Positions 1-12,990 are shown, counted from the first letter of the stretch. The stretch is 64,000 bases of DNA from Salpingoeca rosetta (GCA_033442325.1 JAWQFM010000002.1:2734639-2798638); one strand, 5' to 3'. A program made the numbers and translations. The notes: generated by a model from the letters alone, not told the origin.

Positions 1-22
1 CCACACACACACACACACACAC

Positions 23-1212
23 CTCGACTTGATCGTATTCCCGCTTGAAGCCAAAGAACAGCTTTCGCCCACACCACACGGCTGTCTGTGGTGTGTCTGG
101 CAAGGGCTGGTCCTGCACAAGTGACCATTTTCACAAGCGAATGTGTACAGACACGATGCATGCACACAGGCATGGGCACAGTCAAGGACAAGGTGTGTTG
201 ACGCGAGCGTCGTCAGCGCACGCTGAAAAACAAAACACCATGGCAATCACATGATCATCTCACACGTACGTATGTGTGTGTATGTGTGTGCTCATGCTTG
301 CCTTGATGTGCTTGGCTTCGTCGCGGCCGACTTCAAAGACGAAGAAGCGTCGCTTGACGATGCAGCAGAGCTGGAGTGTGAGGCGGTCCACGGGCAGGGT
401 GCTCCGCGTCTCGCTGAGGCGATGGGTGTCTGCCTGCGGCATACCACGGACATGGAGGTCTGCGGCGAAGAGGAGCGTGCCCTTGCTCCGCTCGATGGTG
501 TACAAGGACGTGAATGTGGTGAGGTCGTGGACGTGTACGTAGGTGTCTGCGAGGCACAGCAGGATGTTGAGCTCCGGCACAGCGAGCAGCTGGGAGATTG
601 GCGGCTTTCGCGATGTCTTCAAAAAGTCCTTCTTTGTCAGTCGTAAGCTGGGCACAGCGCCCACAGACCCCTCTGGCAGGTCATACACCAGCAATTGGCC
701 CTGGCTTGTTCCCACCAGCAAGTCCGTTCCTGCCAGTGTGTGTGCGTGTGTGTGCGTGTGTGTGAGTGTGTGTGAGTGTGTGTGAGTGTGTGTGAGTGTG
801 TGTGTGTGTGAGTATGTGTGCGTGTATGTGTGTATGTGTGTGTGAGTGTGTGTGTGTGTGTGACGTGAATGTGTGTGTGATGTGTGAATGTGTGTAAAAG
901 TGCACAGGTGTGATGTGAGATGGTGGAGTGAAGACGAAAACGATCCAAGGTGCGTGTGTCAGGTGCGTGGTTTCTGCTCGACAACCACCAGCAGCGACAA
1001 CACACAGCAGCGATGCATCACATAAGCGAGCAAACGCACAGACACAGACACAAACCCACAGAGTCGCACACACACACAGACAAAGACACACACACACAAC
1101 ACAGACACACACACAGCTCACCGTTGAGTTCAACGGATTGGATGTGAAAAGGAACGCTGCGCCATTGTACAATGGGATGGACCTCGAACGCTTGCAGCTC
1201 CGGTGTCTGCAT
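23..1212 (-). CDS. VPS39: Vam6/Vps39-like HOPS subunit, N-terminal CNH domain; 5' part only, gene continues off the left edge
   Basis: Exons 1212-1122 (MQTPELQAFEVHPIV...), 729-302 (LLVGTSQGQLLVY...VHVHDLTTF...SKGTLLFAADL) and 112-23 (DQPLPDTPQTAVWCGRKLFFGFKREY) join in frame and resemble the N-terminus of animal VPS39. Confidence 0.85.
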
Positions 1213-1686
1213 CTCGCTCTGTGTGTGCTGCTTGTCTTGTCTTCCCCTCCACTCGTCAACTCATCAACTCACTATATTTTTGCATGTCGCACTGTCGGAT
1301 CTTCACCAACGAGCACCTCCATCAATTTATGCTGTATTTTTGCATACCCAAAATTCATGTCAATCGTGTTTAATCGTTGCTACTTTTCCTTCCGCGCCAG
1401 ATTTTCAAAAGCGCGCGCGCGCCAAATCCGTCCATCATCTCCCGCGCGTTCAAACAAACACACACAACACAGCCCACACACTGCCACGAGCGAGTGAGCA
1501 AGCAAGCAAGCGAGCAAGAGGGTGGCAAGAAGCCTTCCACCAACACGACCAGACCACCATCATCCCGCCGGTCGGTTCATTTTCTTCCAAGCGTATCGCA
1601 TAGGCAGTTCCCCCTCCCCACAAGCCAACACCACCATTCCACTCCCCAGTCCCCCTTCCAGCCCATCCTCAACACAACCTCCCAGG
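1213..1686. promoter_or_regulatory. Bidirectional promoter VPS39/RRM1 with E2F-like and CHR-like motifs
   Basis: 474 bp between divergent ATGs. Contains GCGCCAAA (reverse complement of the E2F site TTTGGCGC) at about 1419-1426, TTCCGCGCCAGATTTTCAAA at about 1390-1409, TCCCGCGCGTTCAAA at about 1440-1454, and TATTTTTGCAT twice (1275, 1335). Confidence 0.6.
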
Positions 1687-3590
1687 ATGTATGTCGTCAA
1701 GCGAGGTACGCACTCCGCTGTGTGCCGGCACAAAGCTCCCGCGCTCCGTTCCGTCTCCACCATTACCCACGCTTCGCACGACTGCTTGGCGTGTTCTCCA
1801 TCTCACTCACACCATTATTGTTGCGCGCCCACGCTCGTGTTTGGTTGTTGTGATTCTTGCACAGACGGGCGCAAGGAGAAGGTTCTCTTTGACAAGATCA
1901 CTTCCCGCGTCTCCAAGCTCAGCTACGGCCTCAACACAGAGCACGTCGATGCTGTACGTACTTCGTACCACAACACCACAAACGTGCACCAAGCAAGCTC
2001 GAATGCATGTGTGACTGCGAATGCATGTGTGCGTGTTGTTCAAACCCTGTTCATCACCATCTCACGTCGTCACTCGGCTTGCGCGCGTCCTCGTGCTCGT
2101 CGTACACAGGTTGAGATCACCAAGCGCGTCATCTCTGGCGTGTATACCGGTGTCACCACGGTTGAGCTTGACCAGCTTGCCGCGGAGACAGCCGCCTCCT
2201 TCACCACCAAGCACCCGGACTACGCCATCCTCGCCGCGCGCATCGCCGTGTCCAACCTCCACAAGATGACACACAAGCAGTTCAGCGGTATGTCATCCGT
2301 GTGTCAAAACACTGCAATCGCTGTTCATCGTTGCTGTGATTGTGACGGTGTTTCATCAAACGAGCAATGCCCCCACACCTTGTATTTTCACGCAACTGCC
2401 ACGTTGACACAAACGTTGCAATCACCACCACTCACACCGACCGCATTGCGTGCGTGCATGCAGATGTCATTGATGCTCTGCACCACTACGTCAACCCGGA
2501 GACAGGCCGCCCAGCTCCGCTCATCTCCAAGGAGACGTACGAGCAGGTCATGGCCAACAAGGAGGTGTACAACTCGCACATCATCTTTGAGCGTGACTTC
2601 AACTTCAACTTCTTTGGCTTCAAGACGCTTGAGCGCTCGTACCTGCTGAAGATGAACGGCAAGGTTGCCGAGCGCCCCCAGCACATGTTCATGCGCGTCG
2701 CCATTGGCATGCACGGCGAAGACGTTGACGCAGCCATCGAGGTAACGCACCTCTGTGTGTGTGTGCTGTGTCTCGCGTGTGTCGACAAACGTCATGCTGC
2801 AATCTTCGTCCATGTGTTGCACTCTTCGTCTGTTTGTCTCACCAAAGCCCTTTCTCACAACAACCTTATCACACACACACACACACACTGTACTGATCTG
2901 ATTAGACGTACAACTACATGTCCGAGGGCTTTTTCACGCACGCGTCGCCAACGCTGTTCAACTCTGGCACGCCCATCCCGCAGCTGAGCAGCTGCTTCCT
3001 CCTCACCATGAAGGACGACAGCATCGAGGGCATCTACGATACGCTCAAGACGTGTGCCATGATCTCCAAGACAGCCGGCGGCATTGGCCTTAGCGTGCAC
3101 AACATCCGCGCCAGCGGCTCGTACATTGCCGGCACCAACGGCCACTCGAACGGGCTCGTGCCCATGCTGCGCGTGTTCAACAACACGGCGCGCTACGTCG
3201 ACCAGGGCGGCAACAAGCGGCCCGGCGCCTTTGCCGTGTACCTCGAGCCGTGGCACGCAGACATCTTTGACTTTCTCGAGCTGAAGAAGAACACCGGTGT
3301 TGAGGAGCAGCGTGCCCGCGACCTCTTCTTCGCGCTGTGGGTGCCCGACCTGTTTATGAAGCGCGTTGAGGCCAACGAAGAGTGGACGCTCATGTGCCCG
3401 CACGAGTGCCCCGGTCTCTCGGACACATACGGCGACGAGTTTGAGCGCCTGTACGAGAAGTACGAGGCCGAGGGCAAGGGCCGCAAGAAGGTGTCGGCAT
3501 CCAAGCTCTGGTTTGCCATTCTCGACGCCCAGACGGAGACGGGCACCCCATACATGCTCTACAAGGACGCGTGCAACAAGAAGGTGTGTG

Positions 3591-3654
<64 letters not shown>

Positions 3655-5352
3655 GTATGCGTTTGTGTGCGCGCGTTTGTGTACACGTATGCGTTCGTGT
3701 GTGTAACACGTGGCGACTACACAACCATTTTCTGTGCAGTCTGTGTCTCTGTTCAACCACACAACGTGCGTGCTCACATCCTCCCCCATCTCCATACATG
3801 CAGTCGAACCAGAAGAACCTTGGCACCATCCACAGCAGCAACCTCTGCACGGAGATTATCGAGTACAGCAGCCCCGACGAGGTCGCCGTCTGGTGAGTCT
3901 TGATGTTGCTTTGCCTCTGCACCCGGGGTGCGCGCGCGTGTGTGTGTTTGCGCCAATGAGAACAGACTCCTTGCTCGACACTGACAACATCACCCAACGT
4001 GTCACCAACCCATAGCCCATTCACCGCCACACTAACATCCGCACCACCTTTGCCCTCTCTCTCTCTCCAAACACGCTTGCAGCAACCTCGGCTCGATTGC
4101 GCTGAACAAGTTTGTTGGGGACAAGACGTTTGATTACAAGAAGCTGCACGAGGTTACCAAGGTGCTCACGCGCAACCTCAACAAGATTATCGACATCAAC
4201 TACTACCCTGTCCCAGAGGCGCGCAAGTCCAACATGCGCCACCGCCCCATTGGCATTGGCGTGCAGGGCCTTGCCGACGCGTTTATCCTGATGCGTCTTC
4301 CCTTTGACAGCGACGAGGCACGCGAGGTGAACCGCAAGATTTTCGAGACCATCTACCACGGCGCCCTCGAAGCCTCCACGGAGATTGCGTCCGTTGAGGG
4401 GCCATACGAGACTTTTGAGGGCTCGCCCACCTCTGAGGGCATTCTTCAGTTTGACATGTGGGATGTGAAGCCCACGGACCTGTGGGATTGGGAGTCGCTT
4501 CGCGAGCGCGTGAAGAAGGACGGCATTCGCAACTCGCTGCTGGTTGCGCCCATGCCCACCGCGTCCACTGCCCAGATTCTCGGCAACAACGAGTCGATTG
4601 AGCCCTACACGAGCAACATCTACTCGCGCCGCGTGCTCTCTGGCGAGTTCCAGGTGGTGAACAAGCACTTGCTCAAGGACCTTGTTGAGATGGGTCTGTG
4701 GTCCGATGAGGTCAAGGATCAGATTATCCTCAACAACGGCTCCATCCAGAAGATTGAGGGTGAGTTTCATGTGTGTGCGTGTTTGGGGGGGGGGGGAGTG
4801 GGGTTGTGTGTGTGTGTGTGGTTGTGGTTGTGGTTGTGTGTGTGTGTGTGTGTGTGTGACTTGCCGTTATGCACTGTCACTCGTTGTGCATTGTCTGTTT
4901 GCTGCTTGACATGACGTGCGATACAGCCACGCCGAAAACTGTCATGCACATCTCGCTCACCTTCCATCCACCCGCCCCCCCCTTCCTCTCAAACAAACTT
5001 TGCTTCCCTGTTCATTGCAGGCATTCCCGATGACATCAAGGCCCTGTACAAGACGGTGTGGGAGCTCTCCCAGCGTACGCTGATTGACATGGCTGCTGAT
5101 CGCGGCGCCTTTATCGACCAGAGCCAGTCGTTCAACGTGCACATCTCCGACCCCAACTTTGGCAAGCTCACGTCCATGCACTTTTACGCGTGGAAGCGGG
5201 GCCTTAAGACGGGCATGTACTACCTGCGCTCGCGTGCCGCCACCAACGCCATCCAGTTTACGGTCGACGCGAAGAAGGCGCGGGAGGCCAAGGAGGCCGC
5301 CATGATGTGCTCCATCGACAACAGGGACGAGTGCGTCATGTGCAGCGCGTAA
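1687..5352 (+). CDS. RRM1: Ribonucleoside-diphosphate reductase large subunit (class Ia, with ATP cone), 8 exons
   Basis: Exons 1687-1705, 1865-1953, 2110-2287, 2464-2741, 2906-3583, 3804-3892, 4083-4759 and 5021-5352, all with GT-AG introns and in frame. Motifs: [41 protein letters not shown]-terminal CxxC (ECVMCSA). Confidence 0.98.
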
Positions 5353-5365
5353 TGACAACCAACGT

Positions 5366-5405
<40 letters not shown>

Positions 5406-5807
5406 CATCTTCCGACATTGACTGTCGTGGTGGTTGGTGGGGAAAGTGTTGAATTGAAGGTTTGTCATGAGCAATCGTGTGACAATGCGCTGATGAATGT
5501 AACAAGTGTCGGTCAGTCTTTTCTCTGCCTCCCCTCCCCCTTTGATTTGATTCCTCTGTGGGTTGCTTCTCTCTTCTCCCCTCTTCTCTCTGTTGCGTTA
5601 CCCTGCTTCTTGTGCTTGACGAACGAATAAACAAAATATGCTTTGACATGAAGAGCAGGCGGCTTCGCTTATTCGTGCAATGGATTGCTTGCTTTGGAGG
5701 GGAGACAGGAGGTGGACGTGGTACAAACACAAGATTGATCGGTGTGCACACGCATACACACACACACATATACACACCCACAACAGGCAAAGTGAACACG
5801 CACATGT

Positions 5808-5880
<73 letters not shown>

Positions 5881-5883
<3 letters not shown>

Positions 5884-6881
5884 TTGACGCTTGACCTTGG
5901 CTGGGCGGGGAGGGCAGCAGCAGCAGCGCACGAGGGCGCGACCGAGCACAAAGAGGAGAAACGCAATCCCGCCGAGCAGGAAGACAACACTCGTGTGCAG
6001 CATCACGTTGTGGTACAGCATAAACGCCCAGTTGTGCTGGCGAACGGTAAACGCATATGTCGGCTCTGCGCCGGCGGTCGGCACGGTGATGCGAAGGAAG
6101 TTGTTGATGAGCTTCATGTCATGAAACCGCAGGCTGTAGTGGCGGTCCTCCACACTGAATGTTGGCCAGGGTGCCAGCAGCACCAGGCTGTCGAACAGCG
6201 TGATGATGAACCCGCGGATGCCCTCTGAGCCTTTGGTGATGCTGGACGACACAAGCGCCGGAATGCACGTCGTTGTTGTTGATGACGACGACGATGTTGT
6301 TGTTGTGGACTCATGTGCGTGCTGGTGGTTGGTGTCGTCGTCGGTGTCGTCGCTGCCGATGCGTTGGCACATGGTCATGGACGCGGTCATGTGGAGATCG
6401 CCGGCCGCGATGGTGACGTGCTTCTCCCGCGCCGCGCGGAAGAGCGGAGACAGCAGCGCATCCTCGCTCGCGTGATACGAGCGGTGGTTCGGATACAGGT
6501 CGTCTGGCAATGGGGGAGAGGGTGTGCATGTGTGTTGTTGGTGATGTATAGGGCGCAGCTTGTGGATGAGAAGGGTGCAACGGCAAAGAGTACAGACGGA
6601 CATCAGCAATAGGGCGGATGGCCGGACGCGCGAATGTGCGTAGAGGCAAAGAGAGCGAGATAAAAGCAAAGGAGAGAGAGAGAGAGAGACGGAGAGGGGA
6701 GGGGGCCGACACACGCGCACATAATCAGAGACAGACAGGCAGGTAGACAGACAGGCAGACAGACAGGCAGGCAGACAGACAGACAGGCAGACAGGCAGGC
6801 AGGTAGACAGGTAGACAGGCAGGTAGACTGGCAGACAGACAGGCAGGTAGACAGGCAGGTAGACACACATACACACACCAA

Positions 6882-6948
<67 letters not shown>

Positions 6949-8705
6949 ACTGCCCTATTGCTTACGTTCGACGACTTCGACAATGTCGGCCATGAATGTG
7001 TTTGGGTACATGAGTGGGAGGTTGGTGAGGACGAGGATGTTGGAGACGTCCTTGTCCTGCCTCCACGCCTCGATGGTGCTGGTGAACCGGGCCAGCTGTC
7101 CGGTGCCCACGAGCGTCGGGTGCGCCTCGTTCTCTGCGAGTGCGCGGTGGTAGCGCAGGTCAAGCAGGAACACGCCCACGCCATTGGACACAAGGGCGTC
7201 GTCGACAGTCGTGTGCGCAAACAGGGCCGTGTCATCCACTTCCCCGCGCAGCAGCGCTTCAACGTCAAGCACAATGTCTGTACGGGACATTGCATGCATG
7301 CATGCAAGCAACACGCGCGCGTGAGTCAAACGGCAGAGGTCATGTGGCTGTGTGTGTGTATGCGGTGGTGATTGTGTGGTTGTGTTATTGTGTGATTGTG
7401 GTGGCGGTCGTGATTGTGTGAACGTGCGTGTGCGACTGTGTGTGCCCAGAGTTCAAGCCACAGCGAAGCAAGTACAACAACAGCTACATGCGTGGGACAG
7501 CAAGCATCACTGGCAACAACGCATGCACTACAGTCTGCATTACCGTGTGAGAGTTGACGCTGGAAGAGCAGGACGGCCAGGTGCGCTGCTTTGATAAACG
7601 CCATGTCAACAGCATGCGTCTTCAGCACGCCAGGGCTGCAGCAAGGTGTGAGTTGGCGTGAGGCAGCGCAGCGGTCACAGGTGAGAGTGGGTGAGAGGGA
7701 CGGGAGAGATGAGAGAGGTGAGAGCGATTCATGAACAACACCACCGGCGCTGGCGTGACATGGTCGCAGCAGCATGTTGTTGGTGCATGTGGATTTGTTC
7801 GCGTGTGGACATGCCAGCGCCACAAGACAAGACAAGACAAGACAAGAGAGAAGAGAGAGAGTGTGTGTGTTTTGGTCGGACCTGAGGGCGTTGAAGATGT
7901 CATGATCGTCCGGAAGCATGATGTGCGAAGCCTTTCGAAGGATGCTGGCCATTGCTGGGCGCGTCCATGACTTGTGGTACAAGCGACGTACGTGCTGGTA
8001 TGCCTCTGGGAACGACGCATGCGCCAGGGCCTTCCGTGGCAGGTCAAGGTAGAGCTGGTCGCCAATGTGGAACATGGTCTCGTTGCCCGTGAGGCTGGCA
8101 TCAAGCAAGGCCACAAACTCGTCATCGTGATCCTCGAGGTAGCGGTCGCAGGACACGACGACCGCATCCATCGCCATGTCGCGACCAGGGCACTCTGTGT
8201 GGATGCGCGACACGCCCACGGTAATGCCATGGGCATCTGTCACCGCCAAGGTGTACTTGGAGCACGGCCTCAGTCCTTTGTTGAGCACCAGTGCGTTGGG
8301 CAGCCGGGTCGTATCCAGGGTTCCTCGCGCAACGACGCTACCGCCATCACTGGCGTCTCCAGTGGTCAGCTTGTAGTACAGCGTGAACTCACTGCCGTCG
8401 TTCTTGATGTTGGCCGTCGTGTTGTCGTCGTCATGGTCGTGATCGTCGCTGGCTTGCTCCTCGGTTTGTTGCTTGTTGTTGTCGTTGTTGTTGGTGCTGG
8501 TGTTGGGCTGCGGTGGCGCCTCTTGTTGCTTGTCCAACAAGATGTCGTACAGCACACGTGCAGATGTTGTGGTCACACGCCCGTTTGCCAGCAAGAAGGA
8601 CTCCACCTCCTTTGCAGCAAGCACGCGCGGATCTGCACGCGCTGTTGCCATACACACGGCAGCAAGCACAGCTGCTACTGCCACAACCTGCCACTGCCGG
8701 CCCAT
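5881..8705 (-). CDS. PhoD-like metallophosphatase with signal peptide and C-terminal transmembrane anchor
   Basis: Exons at about 8705-7882, 7635-7544, 7277-6966 and 6503-5881. Signal peptide MGRQWQVVAVAAVLAAVCMATARA. PhoD-type motifs VSCD, HIGDQLYLD, PDDHD, LLDLRYHR, AGDLH. TM segment VVFLLGGIAFLLFVLG followed by CCCC and a basic tail. Confidence 0.8.
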
Positions 8706-8980
8706 GACAGCGATGCAGGGATGAGTGATAATGAGATGGGAGGTGAGGTGAGAGGTGTTCAGTGAGCGAGGAGAAAGCAACAACAAGCGAGAAGCAAGAT
8801 GCAAGATTCCACGAAAGATGATTGAAATTATTCACAAATCCTCCCAACTTCACTGGTTTGCTGACAGACAGGACCAACCAAACCAACCCGACTGCTGCCT
8901 TCTCTCCTCCGTCATCTTCATTGTCATCTTCATCATATTCAACTTCTTCAGCAACATCAACAACATCAACAACATCAACC

Positions 8981-9764
8981 ATGGCTACCAGTGGGGTGTT
9001 GAGACAGCTCATGTACACGGCGCATGGCCCGCCGCTGTCGGCGTTGGCCATGCGTTCTGGGACAATTCCAACGCCAGGTGCCAGTGAGGTGCTTGTCAAG
9101 TTCCTTGCGTCACCAATCAACCCATCCGACATCAATCAAGTGGAGGGCGTGTACCCCAAATCCCCAAGCCTCCCTGCTGTCGGCGGCAACGAAGGTGTGT
9201 GTGTGTGTGTGCGTGTGTGTGTGTGTATGTGTGTGTGTGTGTCGAGTTAGTGGGGGAAGATACATTGTTGCATTTCAACAGCAGCAGCAGCAGCAGCAGC
9301 AGCGGCAGCAAGCACGCTGACGCTTACAACAATGTGTACGGTAGGATTGGCCGAAGTTGTGCAGGTTGGCCGCGATTGCGCAACAGACTTGAAAGAGGGC
9401 GACCGAGTCATTCCCAGATGGTCTTGCCTTGGTGAGTGTGCATACGTGTGAATGTGTGTGCGTGCATGCGTGTGATTGTGTGTGTGCGTGCGTGTGTGTG
9501 TGTGTGCGTGCGTGCGTGCGTGTGAATGTGTGTGTGTCGTGTGTGTGTGTGTGTGTGTGTGTGTTCAGATGTGAGGTGGACAGTTTCATGGGTTCGAGCA
9601 CTTTTGCGATTCTCAGAGTTACCTATGCCTCGGCCCTGTTGGACTAATGTTGAAGCTAGATTGCATGTGCGAAGCTTCTCAGACGGGGGAGCTCGAAATG
9701 CGGCAACTCACGGCTATCGCCCGAGAAGAACCGTTGTAGCATTGAGGTTCAAGGAAGCGGCTTT

Positions 9765-9841
<77 letters not shown>

Positions 9842-10284
9842 AAATGTGTGTGCGCGTGTGCATGCGTGCGTGCGTTTGCGTTTGCGCGGGGTGTCGTGTT
9901 TTGTGCACGGTTTCTGATTGAAACCAGTTGCTTTTGAACTCAAGCGAGCGTGTTCTGTGTTCGTGAATGTTGGTCAGCTTGCAGCTTCTCACGCTTGTCA
10001 TGCTCCCTTTTTGTCATCACTCTTGCCTCTTTGAAAGGCACATGGACAAGCCATCTGGCGAGCGACGCGGGGAACTTCATCAAGCTGCCAGGAGACGTGG
10101 ACCCGCTGCAGGCGGCAACGTTGAGCGTGAACCCTTGCACTGCATATCGCATGTTGCACGACTTTTGCCAGCTCCAGCCAGGTCAGTCGAGATGCACATG
10201 CGATCCGACGAACAGCGGCACAATCTGCTCTTGAAACTGCTGCAGCTGGTGACCACATCCTTTCGTGTTCTCTCGCTCCCTGTC

Positions 10285-10317
<33 letters not shown>

Positions 10318-10722
10318 TTCTCTGTCTGTCTGTCTCTGTCTGTCTCTGTCTGTCTCTCTGTGTCTGTCTGTCTCTCTTCCTCTCTCTCCCTCGTTTCTCA
10401 GTCCTGCCAACAGTTATCATGTGTGGCTTTGGGTTGTTTTGCCGCCCCTGCTTGCTTGCCATTGGACTTGACATGTGTTAGCTGCTGCCAATATCACATG
10501 ATGACTCACGCCAGCACATCACCCGCAACAACACCCACGTGACCAGGGGACTACGTGGTGCAGAACGGGGCGACGTCGGCTGTTGGCCAAGCAGCGATTC
10601 AGCTGGCAAAAGTGTTTGGCTGGAAGACCATCAACATCGTTCGCAAGAGGTGTCATGGCTCGGCTGACTGCATCTACGATGACTTGCTTGCCTGAAGAAC
10701 TCTCACACGCTTCCATTTGGTG

Positions 10723-10757
<35 letters not shown>

Positions 10758-11243
10758 TGCAGGCCTGAGGATCAGGCCAAAGGGGATGCAGAGATGAGAG
10801 CGCACCTGCAGGAGCTGGGAGCAGACCACATTGTGTATGATGACGAACTGATGGAGCCAGACACGCGTGCACTGTTCAAGGAAACGCGACCACGGCTCGC
10901 GCTCAACTGCGTTGGCGGAAAACCGCTGTCGACGCTGTGCAAAGTCATGCCGCAACACGGCACCGTGGTCACATATGGCGGCATGTCCAAGAAGCCCATC
11001 ATGCTGCCAACGGTATGCACCCTTGTGCGTGTGAGGGTGTTCATGTGTTTTCGTGTGTGTATATGAGAGAGTGTGCTTGTACATGTATGTGAGTTTTCCT
11101 TGTGTATGTGTACATGTGCGGTACTTTGGTTGTGCAACATCAGTGTTCACGCCGTCAATCTTCTCGCAGGCGGCCCTCATCTTCCAAGACCTGCACTTCC
11201 ACGGCTTTTGGATGACCCGATGGAATGACGTGCGTCATGCGTG

Positions 11244-11339
<96 letters not shown>

Positions 11340-11661
11340 TGCACGTGCATCATGCGTGTGTGATTGCTCCTCCTCCTCCTGCCCCTGTTGCCTTTGCTTG
11401 GTGTGCTTTCATGTGCGAGTTCAGAGGTTCACGCTGTCGATGTTGACTGCAGACAACGGACCTGGCTGAGCGGCAGCGCATGCTCGACACGCTTCTGGAC
11501 CTCATTCGCAGCGGACAGCTCGCCACGGTACGCACATGTCACGGGTGTTCCGCACGCGGTCGCATGTGTGGCGTGGTGAACGTCTTTGTATTGGGGGGGG
11601 GGAGGCAGCGTGAAGGACGCGGTTACATAAGAAAATGCACACACATGCACACTCATATGCG

Positions 11662-11701
<40 letters not shown>

Positions 11702-11887
11702 TGCACACACACATGCACACATATGCGCACACACACACATGCACATTTTGTTCGCATTCATGCTCATATGATGGATGGTTTGTTTACTTTGCAGCGGGTT
11801 CAAACGCATGCGCTGGAGAACTGGGAGGAGGCCATCACACAGGCGACAGCGCCGTACAAGCTGGACAAGCACGTGCTTGTCTTTTGA
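8981..11887 (+). CDS. MECR: Trans-2-enoyl-CoA/ACP reductase (MECR/Etr1, MDR superfamily), 8 exons
   Basis: Motifs [80 protein letters not shown] exons join in frame to the stop at 11885-11887. Confidence 0.95.
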
Positions 11888-12108
11888 CTGACGAAAAGAG
11901 GGAGAAGGGCGTCCCGTTTGAGCCGCTGTCACATGTCACAAGGCCACACACGCACACACCCACATTGCTTGAACGCCATGTTACAATTGCGCTTGCACAT
12001 AACCTCACAGGCCCAAGCACTTGCGCCCTATTAATGCACACACGATGCACACACATGAACACACACAATACATCGAAACCTACATCAGCTACTTGCGCTG
12101 CCGAAGAA

Positions 12109-12225
12109 CTAGTTGGGCCCCTGGGCATCTGTCCTGCGCTCGCCTGTTGATTGTGGTTGTTGTTGCTGTGAGTGGGCAGGCACTGCAGGCACTGTTGGCT
12201 GTTCCGGCTTGTCCTTGGTCCCGCG

Positions 12226-12317
<92 letters not shown>

Positions 12318-12752
12318 GCTGCTGCGGTGTAGACTGTGCGATGGTGTCTCGGAAGAGCTGGAGCTTCTTGAGCGGCTTGATGATGTTGTCCTTGGGGATG
12401 GGGATGGTAGCGAGGCACGTGGGCATGTTCTCTGGCTGCTCGTTCCAGAGGTGGTGCGGGATGCCCGCCTCCCTCAGCTTCTCACTCAAGTTCAGCAGTT
12501 GCTGTTCGCTTTTCACCTGCAAGTGTACATATGTGTGTTGATTAGAGGGGGTGGGGGGACAGTGAAGGAGTCATGAGCAGAGGCGTGGGCGTAGACAGGT
12601 GTGGAGGTGTGGGTATGGCACGTGTGCAGAGATGTACATCAGGACACAGACAGACAGACAGACAGACAGACACAGACAGACACAGACACACACACACACA
12701 CAGACAGACAGACAGACAGACACACACACACACACAGACAGACAGACAGACA

Positions 12753-12800
<48 letters not shown>

Positions 12801-12990
12801 AACCAACCTCCTTGACGTGCTTGGTCATGTGAGGGACGTCGGCCGTGTATCGCTTGACATTGTCATGGTCCATGTTCTCAACAATGACAGCGATTGCGGC
12901 ATGAGCGCCCTGAGCCACAATCGACCCAATGCTCCACCCACACGCCCGCCACAAGTCTCGCCGCACCACAATCACCTGCACCAAGTCCAT
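12109..12990 (-). CDS. PTRHD1: PTH2-family peptidyl-tRNA hydrolase-like protein with a polyQ tail
   Basis: Exons 12990-12808 ([13 protein letters not shown]...[10 protein letters not shown]) and 12516-12109 ([16 protein letters not shown]...LKKLQLF), matching PTRHD1 motifs. Confidence 0.9.
12226..12324 (-). repeat. (CAA)n coding microsatellite giving 33 Gln
   Basis: 99-bp TTG/CTG run on the + strand, in frame in PTRHD1 exon 2. Confidence 0.95.
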
